Position numbers and translations under genes: made by a program. A stretch of 63,845 bases of DNA from Chrysemys picta bellii. Lineage: Eukaryota. Below the pieces are notes generated by a model. It was not told the origin of the DNA and searched no databases. It saw nothing but the letters and a program-made list of their open reading frames with translations. Below are positions 1-12,001 of the stretch, piece by piece (positions within the stretch are counted from its first letter, which is position 1; each line of letters begins with the position of its first letter). The stretch covers positions 23,188,001-23,251,845 of the forward strand of contig NC_088807.1 in the NCBI RefSeq assembly GCF_011386835.1, given 5' to 3'.

Positions 1-299
1 GCTTCACCCTCCTTCCCCCCAGTGCTCCCCCACCAAGGGAAGGAACCCAAAGCTCTCCAGTGCAGATGTTCCATGGGGAAAGCCCAGCTCAGATGCCTTC
101 CCCTGACATTCATCCCCCTTCTCCATCTCCTGTGACCAGCTCCTCAACCTGGGGCCATCCGTTCATGGCCAAAATGACAGCGATGGGACGGGCACGGACA
201 ATCAGGGAGCTATGGCTGTCTCTGCCTGGGATAATCCTCTGCAGTCCAGCTTGGGAATTATTTAGCGTTTGGTTCATGGCAATCGGCATGGGGAAGGAT

Positions 300-798
300 G
301 GAGTCAAGGGGAGAAGGGTAGATGGGGGATGGGAGGATGGATGGATGGATGGATGGGGAGAAGGGTAGATGCGGGGATGGATGGATGGATGGGGAGNNNN
401 NNNNNNNNNNNNNNNNNNNNNNNNNNNNNNNNNNNNNNNNNNNNNNNNNNNNNNNNNNNNNNNNNNNNNNNNNNNNNNNNNNNNNNNNNNNNNNNNNNNN
501 NNNNNNNNNNNNNNNNNNNNNNNNNNNNNNNNNNNNNNNNNNNNNNNNNNNNNNNNNNNNNNNNNNNNNNNNNNNNNNNNNNNNNNNNNNNNNNNNNNNN
601 NNNNNNNNNNNNNNNNNNNNNNNNNNNNNNNNNNNNNNNNNNNNNNNNNNNNNNNNNNNNNNNNNNNNNNNNNNNNNNNGATGGACAGATGGACAGCTGG
701 GTAGAAGTGTAGATAGGGGATGGGTGGATGGATGAATGGGGTGAAGGGAAGATAGGGGGATGGATGGATGGATGGACGGGGAGAAGGATAGATGGGGG
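300..798. repeat. GGAT/GGGT-rich low-complexity tract with assembly gap (N 397-679)
   Basis: Direct reading; same motifs as the tracts at 10942-11090 and 21140-21190, so probably one tract split by the TE nest. Confidence 0.9.
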
Positions 799-875
799 TG
801 TGACAAAGTGGGAATGTTCTTAATGTTTTCTCTGAATACTGTGTGGATGACTCAGTTTCCCCTAAGCATTTCTAC
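799..875 (+). mobile_element. LTR 5' terminal fragment
   Basis: Begins TGTGACAAAGTGGGAATGTTC; near-identical to the reverse complement of the LTR end at 12940-13007. Confidence 0.6.
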
Positions 876-2480
876 GTGGCTGGGGAAAGAGAGGGAGGCC
901 CAGACCCGAGGTCTGGCCTCCTTGGTCCCAAGATGGACCTTAGGGGTCTGGTCAGGGCCGTCCTTAGGATTTATGGTGCCCTAGGCGGGATTATTAAACT
1001 GGTGCCCCTATGCCTGACTTGCTCTCAGCAACACAAACCTAAGCTGACAGTATTGGAAAACTTGCCACATGCACTTTATTAAAAACAGTTTAACTTAATT
1101 AAGCCCACTGGGATGCTGGTGGACTAGCACGAAAGAAGTAGCGCTATAGAAAAACTTCTGATTTATTGACAGAATGAAGCAAATAATATAATATAGCCGT
1201 GCGTCTGTGACCTTGAGCTAATGTGAAGACACCTCCCAAGGCGCTCCGCCCTGACGGAGACACGGTAGAGTTGGAAACCCAGGTCATTTTTACAAAGCCA
1301 CTTTTTAGTTTTAAATGTATCATGGGCATCAGTTACAACTCTCTATCAACCTTCTACTGTAAATAGATCAATGGCATTATCCGGTTTAATAAACTGGGTT
1401 TTCAAGCAGTGGGAAAATAGAGCCTAGTTTTACTCCTAGGTAAAGCACAAAGTGACCGGAATGAAGTCAGCACCGAATCATCTCCTCTAGATGAAGGTAG
1501 CACAGATATGTTACCGAAGTCCTATTGTGCCTTATTTCTCTTTGGAAAGACGCGAGCCGTAGCAGCACATTTTCGGCACTGCCAGAAAGACAGGATAAAT
1601 CACTGCCCCTAAAGTGCCATCAGAAACTGACATTTTCACAGCTCTCGCGTGATCTGCTACACAGACTCTTCCCAAGGAAGTGTCCCTGGCCTTTTTAACT
1701 CGTATTAACCATGTATTGACTTTATGAAAGTTGGACAAAACATTGTGAAAACGTAAGACATTGGCTGCCCAACCTGTGGGCTGGCAAAAGCTATCCTGAC
1801 TCACTGGGGAAAAAAAGCAAGAGAATCTTAGTACAACAGATGGTCACTCTAGACACTAGTAAGGGGATGAGATATTACAGTTGTCGGAGGGCTCTATTCA
1901 GCAGTAACAGGGCTATAGGAAAGCCAGTCAACATTTTTTGTTTCTCTGATGAAAACTGGCCCACTCCCTGCTTCAAACCAAACCTGTCGCAAACCACTTA
2001 ATTTTCTGTTTTGGGCTCAGATATTGATTTAAAAAAAATACATTGAAATTGGATTCAGGGATTGTTAGCCAGCATTTTTGGCAAACAAAAGTTGTTCAAT
2101 GACAATCAGTCCCGCTTGCATGCTTGGCTCACCCCCAGCCTGCTGGGCCCACAGCTGCAGTCGAGGAGGAGATCGGTGGAAAACCGCAGGACCCCAAAAT
2201 CCACCTCTTGGGGTACAGCAGCAGCAGGCCCTCAGGTCCAATCACACGCCAATGGGCACCGCCGGCAGCCCCACGGACCATGGTGAAGTTAGCCCAGCAT
2301 CTGATCTCAGGGACGGGGCATCCGTGGAGCCACCACAGCTCATCCTGCCCTGCGCAGCTCCCCCCCGGATGAGAGGGATCGCTGCCAGCCTGGGGGAGAG
2401 ACGCGCTCCCCAGCTAGGGTGACCAGATGTCCTGATTTTATAGGGTCAGTCACGAAATTTGGGGCTTTGTCTTATAGAGG

Positions 2481-3051
2481 TGTTGGTGTCACTAGGCATA
2501 GCTACCAGGTAACTCAGGGGAGTGGAAGGCCAAAAGTGCCGATGAAACTCTTCTGCTCTGGGCCTACCTGAACCACAGTGACTCCATCTTGTGAACTCTC
2601 AACTACTTCTGTGCTAACGGCTGACATGCTGAAGCAGAAATGGAAGGGTGAGCTTTTCTAGCAGACAGCTGTAGTTTTGTTCACACTAGCAAAACTTGTA
2701 GAGATAAGACGGGGGAAGACTGCTGCAAACAGGCCTTGCAAGGCCAAGAGATAAGCAGGCGAAGGGGAAGTTTCTAACATTCACACGGTGTACCTGCTGT
2801 AACTGTTGTCTGGAAGGGAGGGGTAAGAGGGAGGAACAGAACAAAGGCTCACACAGAAACTGCTTGGAATATAAAAGGGAACATTTGTTTGTATGTGTTG
2901 CACTGGATTTGAGACACGCTGGTCTCCTAGTGCCATTTCAGAGCTCTGAAATAAACTTGGCTTGCTTTCTCCCCTCGGTGTCTTTATTGGTGCCAAGCAC
3001 ACCGGGCGACGGACCATTGTTGTCCCCTCGAGCCCTTTAGGGCGGGCAACA
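2481..3051 (+). mobile_element. Solo LTR (Gypsy-type)
   Basis: TGTTG..CAACA termini, 4-bp TSD GAGG, internal TATAAAA and AATAAA. Confidence 0.8.
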
Positions 3052-3072
3052 GAGGCACCAATTAACCCCACC

Positions 3073-3198
3073 TAGGGTGACCAGACAGCAAGTGTGAAAA
3101 ATCAGGACAGGGGGTGGAGGGTTAAGAGCCTGTATAAGAAAAAAAAAAACACCAAAATTGGGACTGTCCCTATAAAAGTGGGACATCTGGTCACCCTG
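3073..3198 (-). mobile_element. hAT MITE (TAGGGTGACC family) inserted in opposite orientation into the same family
   Basis: TIRs TAGGGTGACCAGA / TCTGGTCACCCTG; imperfect TSD ACCCCACC / CCCCAACC. Confidence 0.8.
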
Positions 3199-3853
3199 CC
3201 CCAACCCCCTGTCCTGATTTTTCACACATCTGGTCACCCTTTCCCCAGCCCTGGCCAGCTGTGTGTGACATTCCAACCCTGGCCAGCTACAAGGAAGTGA
3301 GTTACTTTCACTTTCATTCCTCAGCACGCAACGCCCCCCCCCCCACTTCCCCTAGCACCTCACCCAACCCAGCCCTGCCGGAGGGGAGGAGGGAGAGAGG
3401 GGTGCTCCGTGGGGGGGGAGTGGGAAAGGGGTGGTGCTCCGTGGGGGGGAGAAGAATGGATGTTATGTGGGGGGCAACAAAGGACACTGCCAGAACCACC
3501 CAGTCTGCCTCACCTCACGCCGGGGGGGGGGGGAGAGTCACAATCACAGGTGAGGTCCTTCCCCCACCCCTTCCCAGAGACCCCAGCAGCCAATCCCCTC
3601 TCTAGCACCCAGCTGCTCTTACACGCTCCATTGCTTCCCGTCTGTCCGGCGGCGTGTGTGGTGCCCCAGAAGAGCGGTGCCCTACGCGGCTGCCTGCGGC
3701 TAAGCACGGCCCTGGGTCCGGTTTCTGGACCCACACGCTCTGTTTCAGTCCGTGGTCCTGTCGGCTAATAACCCTTCTGATTTGCTGGAAGTAGCTCAGC
3801 GTCTCCTGGGAGTGGCGACGTGCCTGGTGAGGAAAGTTTGGCTGGGCCTAGGC

Positions 3854-4070
3854 CAGCGGCTCTCAAACTTTTTTACGGGCGCCCCTTTCACACAGCACGC
3901 CTCTGAGTGCGACCCCCCCACCCCCGCCCCGAGAAATACATATAAAAAAAGGTGTTTTGAATTGAACACTGTTATAAATGCTGGCGGCAAAGTGGGGTTC
4001 GGCTGGAAGCTGACAGCTCGCCACCCCCCAGGGAACAACCTCCCGCCCCCCCACTTGGAGACCCCCCCTG
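3854..4070. mobile_element. hAT-Charlie-like MITE
   Basis: CAGCGGCTCTCAAAC start; perfect 8-bp TSD GCCTAGGC (3846-3853, 4071-4078). Confidence 0.8.
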
Positions 4071-4355
4071 GCCTAGGCAGGCCTGTTAGCAGCTGGCTTT
4101 CCAGGAGCGTGGACGAGGCGTGGCCCTAGACCGGACCAGCGTGGAGACGTGCGACAGGGGAGGGAACGTGCCCGTGTCCGTCGGGGGGACTGACGTGCCC
4201 ATGGCGGGAGCTACCCAAAGCTTGGTCTGCGCCGACGTACTTAGACCTACTCACCGCGGCGTCCTCACAGCAGCGACTCAACGGCGGTCGCTCCCCTGTC
4301 GGCTCCGCCGGCGTGCTGGGAGCACGCTCGGGGGTCGATTCGCCGCGTCTAGACC

Positions 4356-6104
4356 TTGTGCTTTCGTTACAAGGTCGCATTTTTCCTCTTATATTGAGGG
4401 CCTGCTGGGTTGGTGTGAGAGATCATTTACGCAGTGCCAGGCAACAGATTTCGGCTTGCAGGCAGCCATGGTAAGCCACGGTCTTTTGGCTTTTTTAACC
4501 TTCTTAACATGTAGGAATGGTTTCAAACAGCAGCGCCCTCATTTCCCCTACCAAGCACCCGTTGGGTTGGCCATTTAAAATGGGTTTGCAATGTAAAAGG
4601 AGGGGCTGCGGTTCCTGGGTTAACATGCAGCACAAACCCAACTAACCCCCCTCCTCCCCCCAACACCCAATTCTCTGGGATGATCACTTCACCCCTCCCC
4701 CCCACCGCGTGGCTAACAGTGGGGAACATTTCTGTTCAGCCAAGCAGGAATGTCCCCTTAATAAAATCACCCCATTTCAACCAGGTGACCGTGAATGATA
4801 TCACTCTCCTGAGGATAACAAAGAGAGATAAGGAATGGATGTTGTCTGCATGCCAGCAAACACCGGGACCATACACTGCCATGCTTTGTTATGCAATGAT
4901 TCCAGACTACGTGCTACTGGCCTGGCACGGTAAAGTGTCCTACCATGGCGGACGGGATAAGGCAGCCCTCCCCAGAAACCTTTTGCAAAGGCTTTAGGGG
5001 TACATGAAGGAGAGCTTTCTGGAGATGTCCCTGGAAGATTTCCGCTCCATCCCCATACACGTTAAGAGACTTTTCCAGTAGCTGTACTGGCCGCGATTGC
5101 CAGGGCAAATCAATCATTAATCATTAAACACGCTTGCTTTTAAACCATGTGTAATATTTACAAAGGTACACTGACCAGAAGTCCCTTGTGTGCCCTCAGG
5201 GTCTGGGAGCATGCCTTGGGTGAGTTCGGGGGTTACCGGTTCCAGGGTGATAAACATATCCTGGCTGTTGGGGAAACCGGTTTCTCCGCTTCCTTGCTGT
5301 GATCTATCTTCATTGTCTTCATCATCATCTTCCTCGTACCCTGAACCCGCTTCCCGGTTGTGTGCTTCTCCACTGATGGAGTCAAAGCACATGGTTGGGG
5401 TAGTGGTGGCTGCACCCCCTAGCATCACATGCAGCTCCGCGTAGAAGCGGCAAGTTTGCGGCTCTGCCCCGGACCTTCCGTTTGCTTCTCTGGCTTTGTG
5501 GTAGGCTTGCCGTAGCTCCTTAATTTTCACGCGGCACTGCTGTGCGTCCCTGTTATGGTCTCTGTCCTTCGTGGCCTTTGAGACCTTTTCTAATATTTTG
5601 CCATTTCTTTTACTGCTACGGAGTTCAGCTAGCACTGATTCGTCTCCCCATATGGCGAGCAGATCCCGTACCTCCCGTTCGGTCCATGCTGGAACTCTTT
5701 TGCGATCCTGGGACTCCATCACGGTTACCTGTGCTGATGAGCTCTGCGTGGTCACCTGTGCTCTCCACGCTGGGCAAACAGGAAATGAAATTCAAACCTT
5801 CGCGGGTCTTTTCCTGTCTACCTGGTCAGTGCATCTGAGTTGAGAGTGCTGTCCAGAGCAGTCACCATGAAGCACTGTGGGATAGCTCCCGGAGGCCAAT
5901 AACGTCGAATTCCATCCACACTACCCCAAATCCGACCCGCAAAGGCCGATTTTAGCGCTAATCCCCTCGACGGAGGTGGAGTAAAGAAACCGGTTTAAAG
6001 GGCCCTTTAAGTCGAAAAAAAGGGCTTCGTCGTGTGGACGTGTCCAGGCTTAATTCGATTTAACGCTGCTAAATTCGACCTAAACTCGTAGTGTAGACCA
6101 GGCC
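4356..6104 (-). mobile_element. Harbinger/PIF transposon, truncated (one terminus plus Myb/SANT gene)
   Basis: Terminus GGCCTGGTCTACACTAC on minus strand at 6104; contains the Myb/SANT ORF; left end approximate. Confidence 0.75.
5117..5755 (-). CDS. Harbinger Myb/SANT-like DNA-binding protein ORF (first exon, TE-derived)
   Basis: 212-aa ORF: WTEREVRDLLAIW..QCRVKIKELRQAY..CRFYAELH trihelix/MADF pattern followed by an acidic tract. Confidence 0.8.
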   Translation of the reverse strand: MTTQSSSAQVTVMESQDRKRVPAWTEREVRDLLAIWGDESVLAELRSSKRNGKILEKVSKATKDRDHNRDAQQCRVKIKELRQAYHKAREANGRSGAEPQTCRFYAELHVMLGGAATTTPTMCFDSISGEAHNREAGSGYEEDDDEDNEDRSQQGSGETGFPNSQDMFITLEPVTPELTQGMLPDPEGTQGTSGQCTFVNITHGLKASVFND

Positions 6105-6294
6105 TCAGTCTCCAAGCAGTTGTCTGTGAACAGCCCCGTGTGCTGGGACAAGGGAAAGGAGATTCCCAAGCTGTGTGTCTGGTGAAGGAGAATGTGTCTC
6201 CGGCTCTTAGTCTGTGGAGCAGACAGACGGTGCCTTTCAGCCGGCGATGGTTGAAAATAGTGCAGTTGTCTCAGAGTCGGCTCTGGATTCAATT

Positions 6295-6417
6295 TAGGGT
6301 GACCCAGACAGCAAGTGTGAAAAATCGGGACAGGGTGGGGGGTAATAGGAGCCTATATAAGAGAGAGACCCAAAGATCGGGACTGTCCCTAGAAAATCAG
6401 GACATCTGGTCACCCTA
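6295..6417 (-). mobile_element. hAT MITE (TAGGGTGACC family)
   Basis: TIRs; 8-bp TSD ATTCAATT / ATTCAACT. Confidence 0.85.
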
Positions 6418-7191
6418 ATTCAACTAAAGCCCAGGAAGGGAATGGTCCTAAGTTTGTGTCTACTGGGGAGAATGGCCCTGTGACTCGGTTGCGTCCAGTT
6501 AGTGTCTTAGCAAAATCCCACAGAGCAGACGATTCTGGTGCTCGTATTTTGCCTGTTGCTCATGTGCGGCTGGAAAGGGATGTAGCAACGCTGCGTGATC
6601 AGGACGATATCTTAGCCAGGGCACAAGGAGAGCATGAAGGTGATTTGATTGTATTATCGACTGACAGTTTGAAAACTTGTAGCAAGAAGGAAAAGATTCC
6701 TGAGCTGGTGTGTGGCGAAAGGAAGGAGAACGCTTCTGACGTTTCATCTAGTGAGACTATGAGTTTGCCTGAAAGGGGGTTGGGTAGAAATCCGCCCGAT
6801 GGGCCAGAGGTGATCCTGGATGTGAGTGAGACCCAGAAAGAGTCTGTTGTGGCTCTGGGAAGACATACTTTGGAGCAAGCCCTAGGTGAAGAGGGTCAGG
6901 GCAGAATTTCGGTGAGGGGTGAATTGTTGCTGAGAAGCTCCTAGGGAAAGGAACCCCCAGGGTAATCTGGGCAAGCAGTTTGCTGTAACTGAAGGGTGTG
7001 GAAGTGATTTAATCAAGAAAGTTTCAGTTCCTACCAGCCAGAAATGTTCTGGTGTGAAGGGATCCACTGACTTTCCTTTCGAAAGATCCACTGTGGATAG
7101 TTTTGAGAAGGTCTCAGAGGGAGTAAAAGCGGTTACGGGATTTAAACAGCCCTACGACCAAGTGGCTGGGTTTCGCCAGCTTGTTGGGGAG

Positions 7192-8029
7192 TGTGACGAA
7201 GTGGGGGGTTGTCTTGTTGTCTGTGGAGTTTCAATGGTTTGCATGCGGAGGGGGTGGGACTCAGTTTCCCTGTGTGTTACTGGTTTAACGCGGTGAGGGG
7301 AGAGGGAGTGTGTTTTGCAGAGGACCGGAGAGAGGACGTGGGGACCCAGCCGATGGCCGGGAGGATGGATACCCCAGCGACCGGTGACCTGGCGACCTGG
7401 TGACCCGGAGGCCCAGCTGAGGAGACGCAGCCGGTTCTGGCCAGTGGGAGGACAATGGGCTGCAGAGTGAGGACCTGGTGACCTAACCAGCCGGTTCCAG
7501 CCAGAGGAGAGAAGCAGGAGGGGAGGCCCCGGTTTACAACCCTGTTTCCCTGGAGAGAAGACAATGGACAGAGGTGGGGCTGGGGCCGGGGATCTCAGAT
7601 GCCCAGCTGCGAGCAGGGGGGCTCGGGGCTGGAGAGGGGAAGCAGGCAGAGCCCACCTGAATGCAGGGAGACTGGGATATGCTGGGCTGTGGGAGGCCAG
7701 GCCTGAGGCCCTGAGAGTTTCCTGTGCTGTGTTCAACTCTCAATAAACCCTCCTGTTTCTTGCTGGCTGAGAGTCACTCCGGTCTAGAGAACAGGGTTGC
7801 ATCAACCCCTTCGGGGGTGGAGGCCCCGGGGGTCCAGAGCGAGTGGACTCCCTGAGGGGGCCCACGGCAGAGACAGACGTGCGAAGGCTCAGAGAGGTGC
7901 GGCTCCAGGAGGTGGAGGGGCTGGACCCCGAGACAGAGTGGACCCCCGAGAAGGGCTGTCGCACTGAAAGGGGCACCCCCCACGGACCGCACAGGGCCAA
8001 GAGGGGGCACGATCTGTGAGTCCGTGACA
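7192..8029 (+). mobile_element. Solo LTR
   Basis: TGTGACG..CGTGACA termini, 5-bp TSD GGGAG, internal AATAAA; same family as 34643-35414. Confidence 0.85.
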
Positions 8030-8175
8030 GGGAGACAATGGTGTTGGGACAGGAATGTCTCCATGTTGATTCTGTGAGTGAGCCGTCTGTGCTTCGGGTC
8101 CTGAGGACAGATTTGGTTACTGGTGTTTCAGAGCAGAACAGTTTTATGGCTGAACACTTAAGGATGCAGGGGAGA

Positions 8176-8403
8176 CAGGGCCGGCGCGTCCACTAGGCAA
8201 CCCTAGGCGGTCGCCTAGGGCGGCAGGATTTGGGGGGCGGCATTTTGCCCTCTTCGGCGGAAATTCGGCGGCGGATCCTTCACTCGCTCCGGGACCCGCC
8301 GCCGAAGTGCCCCGAAGACACGGAGCGGAAGGACCCCCGCCGCCGAATGCTCAGAGGAGGAGCGCTGCCTCCGAGGGCCGCAAAAACCCTGGTGACGCTC
8401 CTG
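8176..8403. mobile_element. hAT MITE (CAGGGCCGGC family)
   Basis: Perfect 8-bp TSD AGGGGAGA (8168-8175, 8404-8411). Confidence 0.8.
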
Positions 8404-9442
8404 AGGGGAGAGCGAGCAAACTCTCACCTTCAGACTCTTTGAATTTGTGTGATATCTCTTTAAGACAAAGTCCAGCCTTGGAATTGGTAGCAGGGAAGAA
8501 TTTGAAAGTTAATGTTTGTGTTGATGCAAATTACCTAACTGAATGGGGAAGGAAAGACTTGCTAATAGCTGTTGGCACAGAGGGCACATCCAATCAGCCA
8601 GTGAATTCTGTTAAGCAAGAAAAATCAGGGTTTAATCCTTCAGAACAAGAAAAAAAAAAGAGAACTTCCTTTTGCAAAGGGAAGCCACAGGTTAACCCTA
8701 AAATGCCCAAACCCCAATGGTAGTGGGCCAAAGGTGTGGCATGACAAACACGATTATAGATGGACACTTGCGATGGATTTGTTGTTGTTGCTAGTGGTGA
8801 TTTTTGTAACTGATGTGTTGCTATTACCCACAACTGTACAAAGGTACAACGGGCCTAATGTTTTGGAAAATCCCTTGAGCATGTTAAGAGGAATACAGGA
8901 GAACACACTTTATATTAAAAGGCCTTGTTAGCCTGATGTTTCACTGTTAATGCCCGTAAACAATCTTGGAGCTTTTCACAGGGGAAAAGACATTCCAGAT
9001 CTAATGTGCTGTATGAAGGGGGAAACTGAGGCACGCGACCAGATTGCTTTCAGCTAAATGCCAAGATTCCTGTACTATGGACAACATTAATATCTACATT
9101 GTCTTGAGGTTTATTGGGTTCCAAACATTTGCAAGAGGTTGTACGGATAAAGTAGCTATGTTCTTTAGCTCTTGGCAAGATCCCATGAGACACACAGGAA
9201 CCATGCAGCAAGAGCAGACCCAATCCACTATTGTGCTAACCAACTTTCACCTTGAGTTTGTAAAGAGATTCAATCACGTTATTGAACATGACTTTGATAA
9301 ACCATTTCTGTTATACACGGATACGGCTTCGAACCCAGTACAGGCTGTAGTGAGACAGAACCCAGGCTGGGGAGCTCTTGGGATGCAGGCAGTGATGTTT
9401 GTGTCATCCCTTCCTGCATCCATTTTGCGTTGGGGGTGTCAC

Positions 9443-10941
9443 GTTACGAGCGTAATATAACATCTCATTGAAAGGGGACAGGACCCGAAAGAGTTAATTA
9501 ACTCACAGACTGACCTGACCTATGGCGGAACTGTAGAGACTGGTTAGGAAGATATGTAAATGAACAGAGCTTTGAAATGCAAACCTGCATTGTTAGAAGT
9601 AGAAGGGTGGGTTTTTGCTCAGGGCTTGTGATGTAAGCAAACAAGTCTTGTCTATTGCTGTAACTTTAATGCAAAGATCAAAAAGGAATATTAACATTTA
9701 TCATGATCCTTGAGTGAAATTGTATTATCGTCTCTCTGTGTCTTTGAAGGTTGTGGTAACCTGGATCTGAACTGTTTAATGGATAAATGACCCTGTGCTA
9801 ATTGCCAGGATGTTTGGGAGAGGGAAAGTGAAGCCTCTTGTTTTCTCGGGCCAAAAGGCTGCAGGAAATGTATAAACCCCTGGGACACAACCCTGCTTCA
9901 TCTCAGATCCGCTTTGGGTTTCAAGAGGGGGAAGCCTTAAGCCATAAGGATTGAGATCCCCAGTCACTGACCGGAGTCACCCTGAATATGGACATTGGAC
10001 TGTAACAGGGACTGGCAACCTTATGGTTTGCTGGTGATGGTTCTGCTGTCTGGGTGCATGTATCACTTTTGTATTTCAAGTTAGAAGTATTGGCTCTACA
10101 CTGTCTGGATTTCAAACTTGGGCTCTGCTTCTGGGTGACAGCCCAGACAATTTGGCGTCCGCACTGCCTAGCCTGCCTGATGGCCCAGCAAGGCAGGCAG
10201 GGACATGCCTATGGACAGAAGGCTGAGGGTTTTCCACGCCATGTGATGGACAGCTTGTCCTTGGGACAAAGAAAGCAGAGACCACATGACAAGAGACTAT
10301 AAAAGGCTTCTGCAACTTCATACCTGGTCTTCAATCCTGCTTCATACCTCTGGAGGGACTTTGCTACAAAAGGGAGCGCTGACCAAAGGACTGAATGACC
10401 CGTCCCAGCTGGGGATGTTCCAGAGACTTGATTTAAACCTGCAGTTTATTCCATCACGGCTACAAGCCTGAACCAAGAACGTTGCCATTACTGTATGTCA
10501 TTGATTTCATTTAAGCAATTCTCGCTCTCATCTCTATTTCTTTCTTTTACGAATAAACCTTTAGATTTTAGATTCTAAAGGATTGGCAACGGCGTGATTT
10601 GTGGGTAAGATCGGATTTATATATTGACCTGGGTCTGGGGCTTGGGCCTTTGGGATCGGGAGAACCTTGTTTCCTTTACTGGGGTGTTGGTTTTCATAAC
10701 CATTCGTCCCCATAACGAGTGGTACTGGTGGTGATACTGGGAAACGGGACTGTCTAAGGGAATTGCTTGTGTGACTTGTGGTTAGCCAGTGGGGTGAAAC
10801 CGAAGTCCTCTCTGGCTGGCTGGTTTGGTTTGCCTCGGTGTGCAAAGGACCCCCTGCTTTGGCCTGTAACTGCCCTGCTCTGAGCAATTTGTCCTGAATT
10901 GTCACTCTCAGTTGGGTCCCACCAGAACCAGCATCGTTCCA
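9443..10941 (+). mobile_element. Composite Gypsy LTR (two related LTR types joined)
   Basis: Two TATA-like boxes, AATAAA near 10552, ends CATCGTTCCA; boundaries approximate. Confidence 0.6.
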
Positions 10942-11164
10942 GATGGGGAGAAGGGTAGATGGTGGCATGGGGAGAAGGACTGCTGGGAGATGGGTGGATG
11001 GACGGATGGGGTGGAAGGGTGGATGGGGGGATGGACGGATCGGGAGAAGCGCACGAAGAGGAAGTTCAGTGTTGGGCTGGACGGACAGACGGCTGGAGGG
11101 GTCGGTATCTTTGTTCTGAGAGAGGCCAGGACATTTCTAGGCAGGGAATCTCCCCCCTTCTTAC

Positions 11165-11310
11165 CTTGCTGAGGTGGGTTTCGGGTCCGGGCGCCAGGGG
11201 CGGCCGCTCCCGTCTGCTCCTCTTCGGTTTCCCCGAACGGCTCCGTCTCCGACTGACGCTGCCTCACCCATTTGTTTCCTCTTGGACTTTTATCAGCGCT
11301 TAAACATTCA
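11165..11310 (-). promoter_or_regulatory. FUT-type promoter / non-coding first exon, third copy with no intact CDS in the window
   Basis: Near-identical to 21363-21500; donor CAAG|GTAAG at 11165; TGATAA at 11290-11295. Confidence 0.45.
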
Positions 11311-11655
11311 TCCAGCCAGCTGCTCTCGGGCATGACTCACCCTTTTCCCGCTCCGCCCACCTCCCCGGCACATGCCCCAGGGACACACCATGGGGGCTTG
11401 CCACGCCAGGCCAGGAGGGTGGGGAATGGGGGGTGGGAGCGGGGCCCAGCATGAAATAAGGGAACCAGGACCCCTGGGCTGGCTCTGTGGCTCGGGCAGG
11501 GGAGTGGGGTCTAGTGGTTAGAGCGGGGTGGGGGGGATGGGCTAGGAGGCAGGATTCCTGGGTTCTGTCCCCGGCTTGGATGTTGAGGCCAGCGCTGACC
11601 GACCCACGGCAGACGATGGTCCCACACACAGCGCCGTCGACGGGCCGATTCAGAT

Positions 11656-11790
11656 GATTCCTGTTATTTACTGGGGCATCGTTCCAGGACGGGCGATTTC
11701 TCGCGGGGTCCGTGGCGGCTTCGTGGCCGATGGCATGAGAATAAACTGCTGGTGTGGGCCAAACCTGCCCTGAGTGTCCTGGTCTCTGTG
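11656..11790 (+). other. Duplicated FGF21 3'UTR end with poly(A) signal (copy 1)
   Basis: Aligns by eye to the reverse complement of 37620-37757; AATAAA at 11740-11745. Confidence 0.8.
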
Positions 11791-12001
11791 TGGGGAGGGG
11801 TGCGATTTCTGGGTTGACGCAAAGTCCGGGGTGGAAAAGAGAGTTTGGGGCAGGAAGAACCGGTGGAAATGCGGCCGGGGGCAGGATTAAAAGTGAGTCC
11901 AGGGACCCATCATGTGCAATGCAGCCCAGCGCCCCCGAGCGCCGCCCTGGGGCATTGGGGCCAGCCCAGACTGCCTGGGGAGACGGCCCCCTGCCGAGCC
12001 C

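Larger units (their letters stand above)
2415..3241 (+). mobile_element. hAT MITE (TAGGGTGACC family), split by a solo LTR and a second MITE
   Basis: TIR TAGGGTGACCAGA..TCTGGTCACCCT; perfect 8-bp TSD TCCCCAGC (2407-2414, 3242-3249). Confidence 0.85.
953..3714. mobile_element. Non-autonomous hAT DNA transposon with nested insertions
   Basis: TIRs CAGGGCCGTCCTTAGG / GCTAAGCACGGCCCTG (14/16); 8-bp TSD GGTCTGGT (945-952) / GGTCCGGT (3715-3722); no recognisable transposase ORF. Confidence 0.75.
6105..9442 (+). mobile_element. Decayed Gypsy/Ty3 internal region, interrupted by later insertions
   Basis: Broken plus-strand reading frames; DFDKPFLLYTDTAS (RNase H-like pol motif) in ORF 9044-9460; followed by an LTR. 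Confidence 0.65.

Noticed and set aside
1470-1500. GDDSVL as a viral RdRp motif C
   Set aside because: A three-residue match in a stop-interrupted frame with no motifs A or B.
7181-7191. Polypurine tract making 7192-8029 the 3' LTR of the surrounding Gypsy
   Set aside because: GGGAG is repeated on both sides as a TSD and the Gypsy interior continues after 8029, so it is an independent solo LTR.
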